Virus record (IMG/VR): IMGVR_UViG_3300010048_000364
Coordinates: 1 to 28,611 of that record
DNA: 28,611 nucleotides
Source: a virus
Taxonomy: Duplodnaviria; Caudoviricetes
Strand: one strand, 5' to 3'
Every line of letters begins with the position of its first letter. Within the stretch, counting starts at the first letter, position 1. The notes below the pieces were generated by a model. That model did no database searches. It worked only from the letters and a program-made list of their open reading frames with translations, and was not told where the DNA came from. Of this stretch, positions 1 through 9,877 are shown one piece after another. The position numbers were made by a program, and so were the translations under genes.

Positions 1-123
1 GAGGGGGAGCTACCCCAGTAGCCGGAAATGCCCTTCGCGCGCTGGCGGGCCTCACAGAGGCGCAGGGGCGGGGCAAAAAAAATGCCCCAGACCCGGGAGG
101 GGAGGGGCAAAGGTGTCAGCGTG
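1..123. repeat. Left inverted terminal repeat (123 bp)
   Basis: Bases 1-123 (GAGGGGGAGCTACCCC...GGTGTCAGCGTG) are the exact reverse complement of 28489-28611; identity breaks at 124/28488. Confidence 0.97.
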
Positions 124-179
124 ACAAGAACAACGAATCCACGCGCTACGCACCCACCTCGCTAATCAGCGTCCTTAGC

Positions 180-207
180 TTGGTTGATGCGAAAGCATGG
201 CTATTAT
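180..207 (+). promoter_or_regulatory. Putative sigma70-type promoter for terL (TTGGTT-N16-TATTAT)
   Basis: Hexamers read directly. An ATG at 215 follows 7 nt after the -10 with no SD, suggesting a leaderless start. Confidence 0.3.
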
Positions 208-2014
208 GCGCGCCATGCCGACAATCCGCCAAGGCATCTACGACCTGCTGACCAGCGTATCGATCGATACGAAAGAAGAGGGGCGCACTCACGTCACACC
301 GTGGCCGTCGCAGCGCCTCGTAATCGACACCATCGCCAAAGGGCTGAGCGAGGGCGTGCATGAATTCGTCGTGCTGAAATGCCGCCAGGTCGCGATCACC
401 ACGGTGTGCAGCGTCATCGAGCTTTTTTGGGCGCTCGCCAACCCGGGCGTGCAGGGCGCGATCATCGCCGATCGCACCGACAATCTCGAGCGGTTGCGCC
501 GGATCTTTGCCAACCTGCTCGAAACCCTGCCGCCCGAATGGCGCTCGGTCGAGCACCGGTTGATCACCAACAACCGCAACGGCATGGTGTTCGCCAACCG
601 CTCGGTGATTGACCTCTTGGCGGCTGCGAACAACCCCGATCTCGGCGCCTCCCGCGCGCTGAACATGGCGCACATGACCGAGTGCGGCACCTGGAAGAGC
701 CTTGCGGGCGTGGAGTCTCTGCGCGCCGCGCTCGCGCGCGAGAACCCGCACCGGCTCTACGTCTGGGAATCGATCGCCAATGGCTTCAACTGGTATTACG
801 ACCACTGCCAGCGGGCGAAGCAAGACCGCCACATGCGCTTTGTGTTTTGCGGTTTCTGGTCGAACCCGACCTACCAGATCCCAAAGAGCGATCCCGATTA
901 CAAAACCTACTGGGATGGTTCGCTCACCGACGATGAGCTTCTGCGGGCGCGCTACTGCCTCCAAGAATATCAAGTAAAAGTGACGCCATCGCAAATAGCG
1001 TGGTGGCGGCGCGAAAACGAACACCGCGCCGATGAGTATATGTTGCGCCACTACCCGTGGACCGAAAAAGAATGTTTTATCGCCAGCGGCTCGAGCTTCT
1101 TCCCCGCCGCACGCACCCTCGAGATGAGCGAAACGCTGGCCGCCGGGCCGCCGTACCAAGCCTATCGCTACCATTTCAACGAAAAGTTCCTCGAAAGCGA
1201 GATCACCCAGACGCTCGATACCGACGAGGCGATGCTGCGCGTCTATGAGCCGCCCGAGCCGGGGGGCATCTACTGCATCGGTTGCGATCCCTCGGGGGGT
1301 GGCGGGCACGATGCCGACGACCACGCGGTGCAGGTGCTGCGCTGCTATGCCGACCGGGTCGTGCAGGTCGCCGAGTTCCAGTCGAACAAGCCCTTGACCT
1401 ATCAGTTTGCCTGGGTGCTCGCGCACCTCGCCGGGGCCTATCGCGACCACATTGTCAATCTCGAGGTGACCGGGATCGGCGCGGCGGTGATGCCCGAGAT
1501 CCGCAATCTGCGGCAACTCGCTGACCGCGGTCTGATGAATTCGGTGCCGATCGGCGGCGAGGATCAGATCATGGCGCTGATTGGTGCGGTGCGGTGGTTT
1601 CTCTATAAGCGCGCCGACACCTACGGCGGGGTCGGCAACGTCCTCAACTGGAAGACCAACAGCGACAACAAGAGCATGATCTTTTCGGCGCTGCGCGACT
1701 CCTTGATGCTGCGGCGCATCGAGATCCGCTCGGTGCGGCTGATGCGGCAGCTACAGGCGATCATCGAAGACCAGGGCTATATCGGCGCGGGGGCCGACAG
1801 CGCCGAGGGCGACGACCTCGTCATGGCGCTGGTCCTGGCGCACTGGTCGTGGATCGATCAGCGGCGCGATTCACTGGTCGCCCGGCAGATGACGTGGGAC
1901 TCGCAAAAGGGCGAGCGGCCCGCGCAGAATGCGGGCACCGTGCTGAGCCAAGCCTATAGCGACTTCTGGGTCAACTTGAACCGGCGCAGGCGCGTCGGCG
2001 CGCAGGTGTTCTGA
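197..2014 (+). CDS. terL: Terminase large subunit
   Basis: Walker A-like VLKCRQVAITT, Walker B AHMTECG, coupling motif WESIANG, RNase H-like nuclease motifs IGCDPSGG and DDLVMALVLA. True start may be 206 or 215. Confidence 0.92.
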   Translation: MAIMRAMPTIRQGIYDLLTSVSIDTKEEGRTHVTPWPSQRLVIDTIAKGLSEGVHEFVVLKCRQVAITTVCSVIELFWALANPGVQGAIIADRTDNLERLRRIFANLLETLPPEWRSVEHRLITNNRNGMVFANRSVIDLLAAANNPDLGASRALNMAHMTECGTWKSLAGVESLRAALARENPHRLYVWESIANGFNWYYDHCQRAKQDRHMRFVFCGFWSNPTYQIPKSDPDYKTYWDGSLTDDELLRARYCLQEYQVKVTPSQIAWWRRENEHRADEYMLRHYPWTEKECFIASGSSFFPAARTLEMSETLAAGPPYQAYRYHFNEKFLESEITQTLDTDEAMLRVYEPPEPGGIYCIGCDPSGGGGHDADDHAVQVLRCYADRVVQVAEFQSNKPLTYQFAWVLAHLAGAYRDHIVNLEVTGIGAAVMPEIRNLRQLADRGLMNSVPIGGEDQIMALIGAVRWFLYKRADTYGGVGNVLNWKTNSDNKSMIFSALRDSLMLRRIEIRSVRLMRQLQAIIEDQGYIGAGADSAEGDDLVMALVLAHWSWIDQRRDSLVARQMTWDSQKGERPAQNAGTVLSQAYSDFWVNLNRRRRVGAQVF

Positions 2015-2463
2015 TGATCCTGAGGACCTATGCGTGCGAATTCTGCGGACACGTAATCGAGGTGCAGCTGACCTCTGAGCAGTGGAACGCCGAGCCGCCC
2101 GATTGCGAATACTGCGCGGCCACCCCGATGGTGCAGGAGTTCAAGCCGCCCGCGATCGGCGGCAGCCCCGCGGGCAAGGCGCGCGCGCTCGCCGAAACCA
2201 TCGCCGCTGAGGATTACCAGGTCGCCGACATGCCGACGAGCGAGAGCCGCGGCCGGGTGCGCTACAAGGACCAGGGCGCCGAGGTGATCCCCGCTTCCAG
2301 CTGGGCGGCCGCGGGGAGCCAGCTGAGCCAAGCGGTGGCGCTCGGGCGCGAGGTCCGGTTGCGCCATGGCAACGGACTCGACGTCCTGCAATCGGCGCTC
2401 AAATCGGGCGCGCAGCGCGACCTCATCGCCGACAGCAAAAAACGCAGCATCCGGGTCTACTGA
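2014..2463 (+). CDS. Zinc-ribbon protein (FmdB-like N-terminus)
   Basis: YACEFCGH...CEYC (two CxxC); TGATG coupling to both terL and portal. Confidence 0.7.
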   Translation: MILRTYACEFCGHVIEVQLTSEQWNAEPPDCEYCAATPMVQEFKPPAIGGSPAGKARALAETIAAEDYQVADMPTSESRGRVRYKDQGAEVIPASSWAAAGSQLSQAVALGREVRLRHGNGLDVLQSALKSGAQRDLIADSKKRSIRVY

Positions 2464-4181
2464 TGCTGCGCATCCCGACCAACCCCGATCGCGCGGCCGA
2501 GTGGGCTCGCGAACTGGTCGACGAGTGCATGGCGACCGCCGATGAGCGCGGGCAGGTCTATCAGAAGGCGGCGCAGTACTACTACACCGGCTCGGGCGAT
2601 GTGCGCGCCGCGATCCACAACAAGGTGCGCGGCTTTGTCGACCGCCTGTCGGGCTACTACTTCCAGCCGCAGAATGTCCGATTCAATCTGCTCTTCGATT
2701 CAAACGAGGCGCTCGACGTGCTCGAGCGGGCGCGGGCGCTGGGGCAGATGCTCGCCGCCGACTACCGCTCGACCGACACCGATCTGCGCTTCTCGGACGC
2801 GGTCACCTGGGGATTGATCTGTGGAAATTATCTGCTGAAGCACTGGGGCGAGGGCTACGGGTTCCGCGCCGCGCCAGTGCATCCGATCAATTTCGGGGTG
2901 CTCTCGGAGTCTGTGGTTAACTTGGACGAGCAGGAGGCGTTCTGTCACTGCTCCTACCCGACGGTGACCCGGCTGCGCTCGATGCTGGTCGACAGCGGCC
3001 ACCCGCGGGTCAGCCAGGTCATGCAGAAGATCATGGAATCGCGCCACAGCGAGCGCGACCAGGACGAGCCGAGCTTTTTTCACCAGATGGTGGTCGGCGG
3101 CATGTCGCCGCTCGGCGATGTCGGCTCGACCCCCTCGGCGGCTGGCATCGTGCAGGTGTTCCCGATCCCGACCCCTTGGCGACCGCAGCGCCGGGTCACC
3201 GAAACCGTTAAACACTGTGAACTCTGGGTGAAGGACCAGAACCGCGACGGCGACTACACCACGATCCAGCTGATCTACGGACCCGAGCCGCTGATCCTCG
3301 AAGGCATCGACGCACCGAAAAACCTCAGCGGCGTGCCGGGGCACCACCCCTTTGTCCAGGTCAAGGCGAACGAAACCCCGGGTTATTTCTGGGGCCGCTC
3401 GGTCGTCGCCGACGTGCAGATGCTACAGGATGTCATAAGTAAGCGACTACGGGACATCAAGGTGATGTGGGATCGAAACGCAGCGGCACCTTACTCGTTC
3501 GCCGGGTTTAACAGCATAACCGAAGAACAGTATTATAAGCTGATTAGTGAAGGTGGCTTTATATCTGACCCCAATCCCAACGCCAAAGCCGCCAAGCTGA
3601 CCGAGCCCCCGCCCCCGGGTTACCTGGAAGAGTTGGAGTTCCTGTGGAAGCTGTTCGACGAGGCGGGCGGGTTCAGTCCGATCATGACGGGTCAAGGCGA
3701 GCCCTCGGTGCGAGCGGGCGTCCATGCGCAGACGCTGGTGCGAACCTCGTCGCCCGCGCTGATCGACCCCGCCACGCGCATCGAACGCCAACTCGCCGAC
3801 AGTGGATACCTTGCCTGCCGCTTGATGGCAAACAACGATCCGCGGATCTACCGCACGGAGAGCGGTCTTGAATTCGAGATCGAAGCTTTTCTCCATGCTC
3901 ATGAGAATTTTCAGGTCGAGGTCGACAGCCACTCGGCCTCGCCCGCTTTTGCTGAGGACTCCCGCCAGACCGCCATCGCGCTGGCGCGGGCGCAAGCCAT
4001 TGGCGCGGAAGATCTCATAGAGATGCTCAACCCGCCCAACGCGCAGCTGCTCCTCGCTCACCTGCGCGAGCGCAAGGCGGCGATGGCAAAGCAGCAGCAG
4101 CAGGAGGCGGCGCAGGCCGCCGCCACCGGGCAACCGCCGCCGGGGCAGGCCGCGAGCCGCAGGCAACCCGCGCGTCACTAA
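2463..4181 (+). CDS. Portal (head-tail connector) protein
   Basis: 572 aa, directly after terL; motif PFVQV...PGYFWGRS.V.D...LQD.I typical of podovirus portals; Q/A-rich C-terminal tail. Confidence 0.82.
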   Translation: MLRIPTNPDRAAEWARELVDECMATADERGQVYQKAAQYYYTGSGDVRAAIHNKVRGFVDRLSGYYFQPQNVRFNLLFDSNEALDVLERARALGQMLAADYRSTDTDLRFSDAVTWGLICGNYLLKHWGEGYGFRAAPVHPINFGVLSESVVNLDEQEAFCHCSYPTVTRLRSMLVDSGHPRVSQVMQKIMESRHSERDQDEPSFFHQMVVGGMSPLGDVGSTPSAAGIVQVFPIPTPWRPQRRVTETVKHCELWVKDQNRDGDYTTIQLIYGPEPLILEGIDAPKNLSGVPGHHPFVQVKANETPGYFWGRSVVADVQMLQDVISKRLRDIKVMWDRNAAAPYSFAGFNSITEEQYYKLISEGGFISDPNPNAKAAKLTEPPPPGYLEELEFLWKLFDEAGGFSPIMTGQGEPSVRAGVHAQTLVRTSSPALIDPATRIERQLADSGYLACRLMANNDPRIYRTESGLEFEIEAFLHAHENFQVEVDSHSASPAFAEDSRQTAIALARAQAIGAEDLIEMLNPPNAQLLLAHLRERKAAMAKQQQQEAAQAAATGQPPPGQAASRRQPARH

Positions 4182-4252
4182 GCGCGGTACTTGCTTACCG
4201 CATCTATGTCGGTTTACCGTCTGCGCCGCTAAATCTAGGCGGGATTCTACCC

Positions 4253-4693
4253 GTGGCAGATGGCATGGACGCGGGGATGCCGCCGGGCCCCGGCGACTCT
4301 CCCCCACAAGCAGGCGCAGCAGGCCCGCCCGGTGCCGCCGGTTCGCCGGTTCTCGCCGCCTTGGCGCGTGCCCGCGGGGCACCGCAGGCCTCGGCCCCCG
4401 GTCAGGGCGCGCAGGGTGCGGCGCTGATGCAAGTGAAGGCCGCGCTCGACATGCTGCAGAACGCGCTGCCGCAATTGGGCATGGGCTCGGACGTTCACCG
4501 CGACGTGATCAACGCCGTCAACCGCCTCAGTCGCCACCTGCCGCAGGGCATCCCGACCGCGGGCGCGCAGCAGACAATGGCGCAGGATCTGGTCCGCAAC
4601 ACCCAGCGCAACGCGCTGTTGCAGCGCCTCATGGCGATGCAGGGCGGCCAGCAGCAGCAGCCGCAACCCTCGACACCGTTACCGGGAGCCTGA
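4253..4693 (+). CDS. Hypothetical head-region protein (G/P/A/Q-rich)
   Basis: 146-aa ORF with genome-typical codon usage between portal and scaffold. Confidence 0.7.
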   Translation: MADGMDAGMPPGPGDSPPQAGAAGPPGAAGSPVLAALARARGAPQASAPGQGAQGAALMQVKAALDMLQNALPQLGMGSDVHRDVINAVNRLSRHLPQGIPTAGAQQTMAQDLVRNTQRNALLQRLMAMQGGQQQQPQPSTPLPGA

Positions 4694-4694
4694 G

Positions 4695-4886
4695 ATGGCA
4701 CAGAACCGCAGCTACGATCCGCCGATCTCGACCCCGCCCGATGTGCCGCCGCGCACCATCCGGCAGGTCGACACCCAGTCCGAGGTGAGCGAGTGGGGCG
4801 CCATCCCGCGCGTCGTGCCGCGGCTCGCGGGCGGCATCCCCTTACAGCCCTCGATTGTCGGTCGCTCTGAAGGTCCGACCCGCTGA
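4695..4886 (+). CDS. Hypothetical protein (63 aa)
   Basis: GGAG SD upstream; TGATG coupling to next gene. Confidence 0.65.
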   Translation: MAQNRSYDPPISTPPDVPPRTIRQVDTQSEVSEWGAIPRVVPRLAGGIPLQPSIVGRSEGPTR

Positions 4887-5080
4887 TGGCGGAGCAGGGG
4901 GAATTGCCGACGCTCGAGCGCACGCCGATGGACGCGCTTAACGAGGCGCGTTTCCATGCCTACCGGATTGCGCTTGAGGCGGTCGAGTTCCTCCACACGA
5001 CAATGAACGACGCCGAGGAGGACACCGACCGGCGCATCATGGCCGCCGCCGAGATCCTTAATTTCATCAAGGTGCCGTGA
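4886..5080 (+). CDS. Hypothetical protein (64 aa, acidic)
   Basis: Translationally coupled on both sides. Confidence 0.6.
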   Translation: MAEQGELPTLERTPMDALNEARFHAYRIALEAVEFLHTTMNDAEEDTDRRIMAAAEILNFIKVP

Positions 5081-5655
5081 TGCCGGTCACCCTCACCGAT
5101 GAGCAGGTCGCGGAGCTACGCCAGCGCCTGGGGCAGGCGGAAACCAATCGGCAGATTGCGGAGGCGGCGTCGGGCGTGTGGAACGACCCCGAATTCGGCG
5201 ACGAGGCCAAGCGCCTGTGGAAGCGCAAATATCCCGACACCTCGATCCCCGATTTCGACCTCGAGCAGCGCATCAACAAGCGCCTCGACAGCGAGCGCGA
5301 GGAGCGCGAAGCGGAGCGCAAAGCTTCGCGTGATCGCGAGCAGGACCAACGCATTGCCGCTCAGCGCAAGGAAGTACAGGACAGCTATGGGTTCACCGAC
5401 GACGCGATGAAGCGTCTCGAGGACTTCATGGTCGAGCGCAATGTCGGCGATTACGAGGTCGCCGCCGAGCACTTCGCGAGCCGCAACCCGCGCATGTCCG
5501 ACGGCCAGGACGCAGGCTACGATTCACAGTTTTGGCATCACGAACGGCAGGACACCTTCAAGGAAATTGCCGCCGATCCCGAGGAGTGGGGGCGCAAGGA
5601 AATCCTGAAGACGCTGCGCGAAGGCGAGCAGCGACGACCGGGTCGCCAGTGGTAG
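5077..5655 (+). CDS. Putative capsid scaffolding protein
   Basis: Highly charged, helical/coiled-coil (EREEREAERKASRDREQDQR), immediately upstream of the capsid gene. Start 5077 or 5080. Confidence 0.6.
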   Translation: MMPVTLTDEQVAELRQRLGQAETNRQIAEAASGVWNDPEFGDEAKRLWKRKYPDTSIPDFDLEQRINKRLDSEREEREAERKASRDREQDQRIAAQRKEVQDSYGFTDDAMKRLEDFMVERNVGDYEVAAEHFASRNPRMSDGQDAGYDSQFWHHERQDTFKEIAADPEEWGRKEILKTLREGEQRRPGRQW

Positions 5656-5693
5656 ACGCCATTGCGATTATATCATAAAAGGAGGCATTGCTA

Positions 5694-6710
5694 ATGCCGC
5701 AATTGGGGGCCGGGATCATCCCAAACGGACCCATTGGGTTCGAGCTAGAGGCTACTGTTCGCAGGGTTTTTGCCCAGATGGTCGTCGTGCTCATCTACAA
5801 GCAGAATCCGCTTTTAGCACTATTGTTGCGCAATGCGATTCGCGCAAGCGGTGGCGTGAGTCCCTATACGCAGCCGGTGCAGACTGGGCGCTATGTCAAT
5901 TCGTCGTGGATTGGCCCAGCGGGCAACTTTACGATCCCGCCCGATGTCGCGGCGACGGTGAACGCCGAGTTCAACCTCTGCGCCCTCGCCACCCCGGTGA
6001 CCAGCTTCGGCCTTGAGCAGCTGGTGACTCAGGATGCGGTTGCGGTTACCTCGCGACTGATGCTCAAGCTCAACGACATGAAGAATTCGGCGCTCGACGC
6101 GCTGTGCACGTCGCTGTTCTCGTCATCCACGTCTGGGGGCGTGGTGAACCCGCTGCAGATGTTCGGGCTGCTCGACGCTTACGGCTCGGCCGCGAACGTG
6201 CCGATCTACGGCGGACTGTCGCGCACTACTTATCCGATGTGGGCAGGCGGCGCGGCGACCGGGGGAGCGGGCAGCCTCACCCGCCGCGGCTTTATTCAGT
6301 TCATCCTGCAGAACGTCCAGCACGCGGGCGGTGAAGCCCCCGATTTCGGGGTGATGAACATCACCGACTGGACAACCTTGATGACCGATTTCATGGCGCT
6401 GGAACGCTACAACAACGATCCGTCAAGCCGGTGGGGGAAGGAAGACCCGGTCAACAGCGGGTTCAGGGGATTGCTCTTGGGCGACACCCCGCTGTTCTTT
6501 GATCTGCAGTGCCCGCAAGGCACCGCGTTCCTCTTCAACTCGCGCTACATCACGATGGTGGTTCACGAAGACGCAAATTTTGCCTGGACGGGCTGGTACT
6601 CGACCATCCCGCAGGGGCAGGTGGCGAGCGTCGGCTTGAGCCTCACCGCGCTCAATCTGGTTTGCAGCAAGCCTGCCACCGGCACCATCATCACCGGCTT
6701 GGCCGCGTAA
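5694..6710 (+). CDS. Major capsid protein
   Basis: 338 aa, strong SD AAAAGGAGG before ATG 5694, position after scaffold; C-terminal pattern GFRGLLLGDTPLFFDLQCP.G.AFLFNSRYI typical of HK97-fold podovirus capsids. Confidence 0.82.
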   Translation: MPQLGAGIIPNGPIGFELEATVRRVFAQMVVVLIYKQNPLLALLLRNAIRASGGVSPYTQPVQTGRYVNSSWIGPAGNFTIPPDVAATVNAEFNLCALATPVTSFGLEQLVTQDAVAVTSRLMLKLNDMKNSALDALCTSLFSSSTSGGVVNPLQMFGLLDAYGSAANVPIYGGLSRTTYPMWAGGAATGGAGSLTRRGFIQFILQNVQHAGGEAPDFGVMNITDWTTLMTDFMALERYNNDPSSRWGKEDPVNSGFRGLLLGDTPLFFDLQCPQGTAFLFNSRYITMVVHEDANFAWTGWYSTIPQGQVASVGLSLTALNLVCSKPATGTIITGLAA

Positions 6711-6722
6711 GGGAGACAAGCG

Positions 6723-7028
6723 ATGGCAGGAAGCGGTGGCGTTGTTTTCGGCCCCGGCTCGATCACCGAGGGGCGGTTCTCCACGGGCGTGGCATTGGGG
6801 GCGGGGGCGGTCGTGCCGCCCGGCGCGTGGTTTCTCCCCGGTGCGTTTGTCATCACCGTGCCCGCGATCCCGCCCGCGACCGGCACGACGGCGGTCAATT
6901 GCCCGGGCGGCTTCTGTGTCTCGGACGGGGTCAACGTGACCCTGACCGCGGCGGGCACCGCGACCCGCCTCGGCGCGGGGAACCCCTACCAATGGCCGTG
7001 GCCCAACCCGTGGCCGCTGACCCCGTGA
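6723..7028 (+). CDS. Small virion protein (possible capsid decoration)
   Basis: SD GGGAGA; small beta-rich G/A/V/T protein directly after the capsid gene. Confidence 0.55.
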   Translation: MAGSGGVVFGPGSITEGRFSTGVALGAGAVVPPGAWFLPGAFVITVPAIPPATGTTAVNCPGGFCVSDGVNVTLTAAGTATRLGAGNPYQWPWPNPWPLTP

Positions 7029-7034
7029 CGTGAT

Positions 7035-7727
7035 GTGCTCGCCACCTACATCGCCGAAACCCAGAACCATCTGAACGACAGTCAGGGTCAGTTCTTCGCG
7101 ATCCCGACGCTGACCACTTACGTCAACCGCGCACGACGGCGCATCGCCTCGGCGAGCGGCTGCTGCCGGGTTCTGGTTCGCGCCAAGACCCAGGCGAACC
7201 AGGAGCAGTATCAGTTCAACGACTGGAAGGCTCTGGCCCAAGAGGTGCCGGGGATCCGCGAGATCCTCGCGGTGCGCTCGCTCGCGATCGCCATCGGCCC
7301 GGGCGACGGTGCCTGGAAGCCCGCGTGGAACCGCTTAGCCTGGTCTGACTTCCAGGCCCGGTTCCGCATCTGGAACCATGCCTGGGTCGGCACCATCAGC
7401 TATCCCGGGTTCTACGCGCAGTATGGCTTCGGCACCGCGGGGTCGATCTTTCTCGCACCCATCCCCTCTCAGGTGCAGCCGATGGAACTCGATTGCTCAT
7501 GCCTGCCCTTCCCCTTAGAGAACGACGACGACCCCGAGCCCATCCCCGAGCCGTGGACCGACGCGGTCAGCTACTTTTCGGCATGGCTCTGCCTCGTCCA
7601 GCAGCAGCGGCGCGAGGACGCGACGGCGATGCTGCAGATGTTCCAGGCCGAGTTGCCGTTCTGCGCCAGCGTCGTGGCGCCGAGCATGGTCACAAGCCCC
7701 TACGGCGCGGTTCTGCGCTCGTCATGA
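7035..7727 (+). CDS. Head-tail adaptor / tail tubular protein A-like
   Basis: 230 aa; N-terminal helices (LTTYVNRARRRIA) and C-terminal IPEPWTDAVSYFSAW pattern typical of adaptor proteins; synteny. Confidence 0.65.
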   Translation: MLATYIAETQNHLNDSQGQFFAIPTLTTYVNRARRRIASASGCCRVLVRAKTQANQEQYQFNDWKALAQEVPGIREILAVRSLAIAIGPGDGAWKPAWNRLAWSDFQARFRIWNHAWVGTISYPGFYAQYGFGTAGSIFLAPIPSQVQPMELDCSCLPFPLENDDDPEPIPEPWTDAVSYFSAWLCLVQQQRREDATAMLQMFQAELPFCASVVAPSMVTSPYGAVLRSS

Positions 7728-8254
7728 GCGGGATCGGCGGCTCGAGCGACCCGCCGGGCACCCAATGGCTGCGATCGTACTGGCGCTGGAAACCAGATAA
7801 CCCTGGAGACATGTTCACGCCGCAGCAAAACCTCGAGCGCAACCAGCAGTTCGCCAAGCCGGGGCCGTACATCACGCCGCTGAGCGCGCAGGAGCAGCCG
7901 CTGTTCAACGAGTGGCTCAAGACCGGGGCGATGGGGGCGCCGGTCAACTACCAGCATGGCGACCTCGACTACGACATGCCGGGCTTCTGGAAGGCGATGC
8001 AGGCAGGCGACCCCGAAGCAAAGCCCCAGGTGGTGCGGGAGGACATCGATCGCGCCACCGGCAAGCCGAGGGTGCACTTTCCCGACAAATGGAAGACGCC
8101 CTACGAGGCAACGTTTTCGCAGGGCTCGATGTACGCGCTGCCGCACGCGCCCAAATGGGTGCAGGTGGGCAAAGATCACTGGCAGTACCGGCTCGGCTCG
8201 CACGTCATCTTTGATGACAACGAGAGGCGTTGGCGCGGGATGCCGCAGCAATAA
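7724..8254 (+). CDS. Hypothetical protein (176 aa)
   Basis: ATGA overlap with upstream stop and TAATG overlap with downstream start; the ORF-track start at 7493 is an over-extension. Confidence 0.7.
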   Translation: MSGIGGSSDPPGTQWLRSYWRWKPDNPGDMFTPQQNLERNQQFAKPGPYITPLSAQEQPLFNEWLKTGAMGAPVNYQHGDLDYDMPGFWKAMQAGDPEAKPQVVREDIDRATGKPRVHFPDKWKTPYEATFSQGSMYALPHAPKWVQVGKDHWQYRLGSHVIFDDNERRWRGMPQQ

Positions 8255-9864
8255 TGCCGATCGCCTCCGACAACCAGCCGACCATCATCGAGCTTGCGCA
8301 CTGGCCGCAGGGCGGGCTCAACCAGTCGACCCGGCGCAGCACAATCGAGGACGCGGATCTGTGGTGGGTTGAGAACTATTTCCCCTTGGCGAACGGCGAA
8401 TTGCGCACCGCCTGGGGACCGTCGGCGCCGCTGTGGACCGCGCCCGCCGGGGTGTCGATCCTGCGCATCTTCTTCACCAACATGAACGGCACCGACCCGA
8501 TCGCCCTGCTCTACCTCTCCAACGGCACCATCCAGGTCGTCAACCTCAACACCAACGCCACGCTCAACCTCGGCATTCTGTGGAACCCGGTGGCGCCCAA
8601 CTACCCCGCCGATTTCAAGTTGTGGACACCGACGACGGTCGGCAACACCACCGGACAGGTCGGCGGCGGGCTCATCGGCAGTCCGCGCGGGCTCTACGCG
8701 ATCGACGCAAACTTCACCATCAGCCCGCCGGGGTCGAACGCCCCGACCTGGCTGACCGGCGGCGCCACCACCGATGCGAGCGGCAACCCGCTGGTCATGC
8801 CCTCGGGATTGCCGGGCATCTTTGCGATGGAGGTCTATAACCAGCGCCTGTTTGTCCTCGGGCAGACGGTGGTCAGCTTCTCGGCCCCGAGCAACGGCGC
8901 CGACTTCTCGACCGCGGGCGGTGGTGGCAGCTTCCCCTATTTCGGTGACCAACTGACTGTGTCGTTCACCGAGATGTGCGCCACCGCCGGGTTCCTCTAC
9001 ATCTTTGGCGATTCGATGACCGACTGGATCTCGAACATCCAGCTGGTCGGGCAGGCGCAGGCGACGACCTCGCCTTCTGTCACCACGCCCTACACCACCG
9101 AGTTCCAGCTGAGCAACTACAACCCGCAGATCGGTCAGCGGTTCTTCCGCCCGGTGGGCAAGTGGCTGCAGGCACTGACGGTGTTTGATCTCGCCGGGGT
9201 TTATTTGATGTCTGGCGACGGTCAGGCGACGTGGCTGACGCAGAAGGTCACCAATCTGTGGCACAGCCTCAACCCGACGCCGTTTCAGCCGACCGCAGCC
9301 CCGGTGCATGTCTTCGGGCAGCGCTGGCTGCTGTTCAACGGCACCTTTACCGATCCCTGGGGTGTCGCGCGCTCGATGATCCTTTGCTGGAACGGACAGA
9401 TCTGGACCGTCGCCTCGCAACGCTACGCGCTCACCCATATCGGCTTCTACGAGCAGGATTCGTGCATCACCGCCTACGGCACCGACGGCTCGGTGCTGGT
9501 GCAGCTGTTCGCCCAGCCCGATCCCGCGCTCGAGAAGCGGCTCAGCACAAAAGCCTATAACGGTTCCCCGCCCGAGCCGCTCGCGATCAAGAACTGGAAG
9601 CGCAGCTACATGCACCTGCGCGACATGGCCGGACAGCCCGAAGGCAGCTTTCTCACCGGCAGCTTCTCAACCGCTGGCGGCGGCATCCCCAACGGCTCGC
9701 AGCGGGTGTCGTTCGAGGTGCAGCCGAATATCGATGACATCCGCCCGCACCCGACCGAGGGTCAGGGGATCTTTGGCTGGCTCGACCTTACGTCGAATAG
9801 CCCCGATTTCATCATCGAGCGGATTTTGCTAGCCTACGAATCGCGAACACTCTTCGGCGCCTAG
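8254..9864 (+). CDS. Tail nozzle / packaged-DNA stabilisation protein (P22 gp10 / tubular protein B-like)
   Basis: 536 aa, beta-propeller-like composition, N-terminal GGLNQ...IED motif, YNQRLFV; position after adaptor. Confidence 0.7.
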   Translation: MPIASDNQPTIIELAHWPQGGLNQSTRRSTIEDADLWWVENYFPLANGELRTAWGPSAPLWTAPAGVSILRIFFTNMNGTDPIALLYLSNGTIQVVNLNTNATLNLGILWNPVAPNYPADFKLWTPTTVGNTTGQVGGGLIGSPRGLYAIDANFTISPPGSNAPTWLTGGATTDASGNPLVMPSGLPGIFAMEVYNQRLFVLGQTVVSFSAPSNGADFSTAGGGGSFPYFGDQLTVSFTEMCATAGFLYIFGDSMTDWISNIQLVGQAQATTSPSVTTPYTTEFQLSNYNPQIGQRFFRPVGKWLQALTVFDLAGVYLMSGDGQATWLTQKVTNLWHSLNPTPFQPTAAPVHVFGQRWLLFNGTFTDPWGVARSMILCWNGQIWTVASQRYALTHIGFYEQDSCITAYGTDGSVLVQLFAQPDPALEKRLSTKAYNGSPPEPLAIKNWKRSYMHLRDMAGQPEGSFLTGSFSTAGGGIPNGSQRVSFEVQPNIDDIRPHPTEGQGIFGWLDLTSNSPDFIIERILLAYESRTLFGA

Positions 9865-9877
9865 AGGAGGGCATCCC

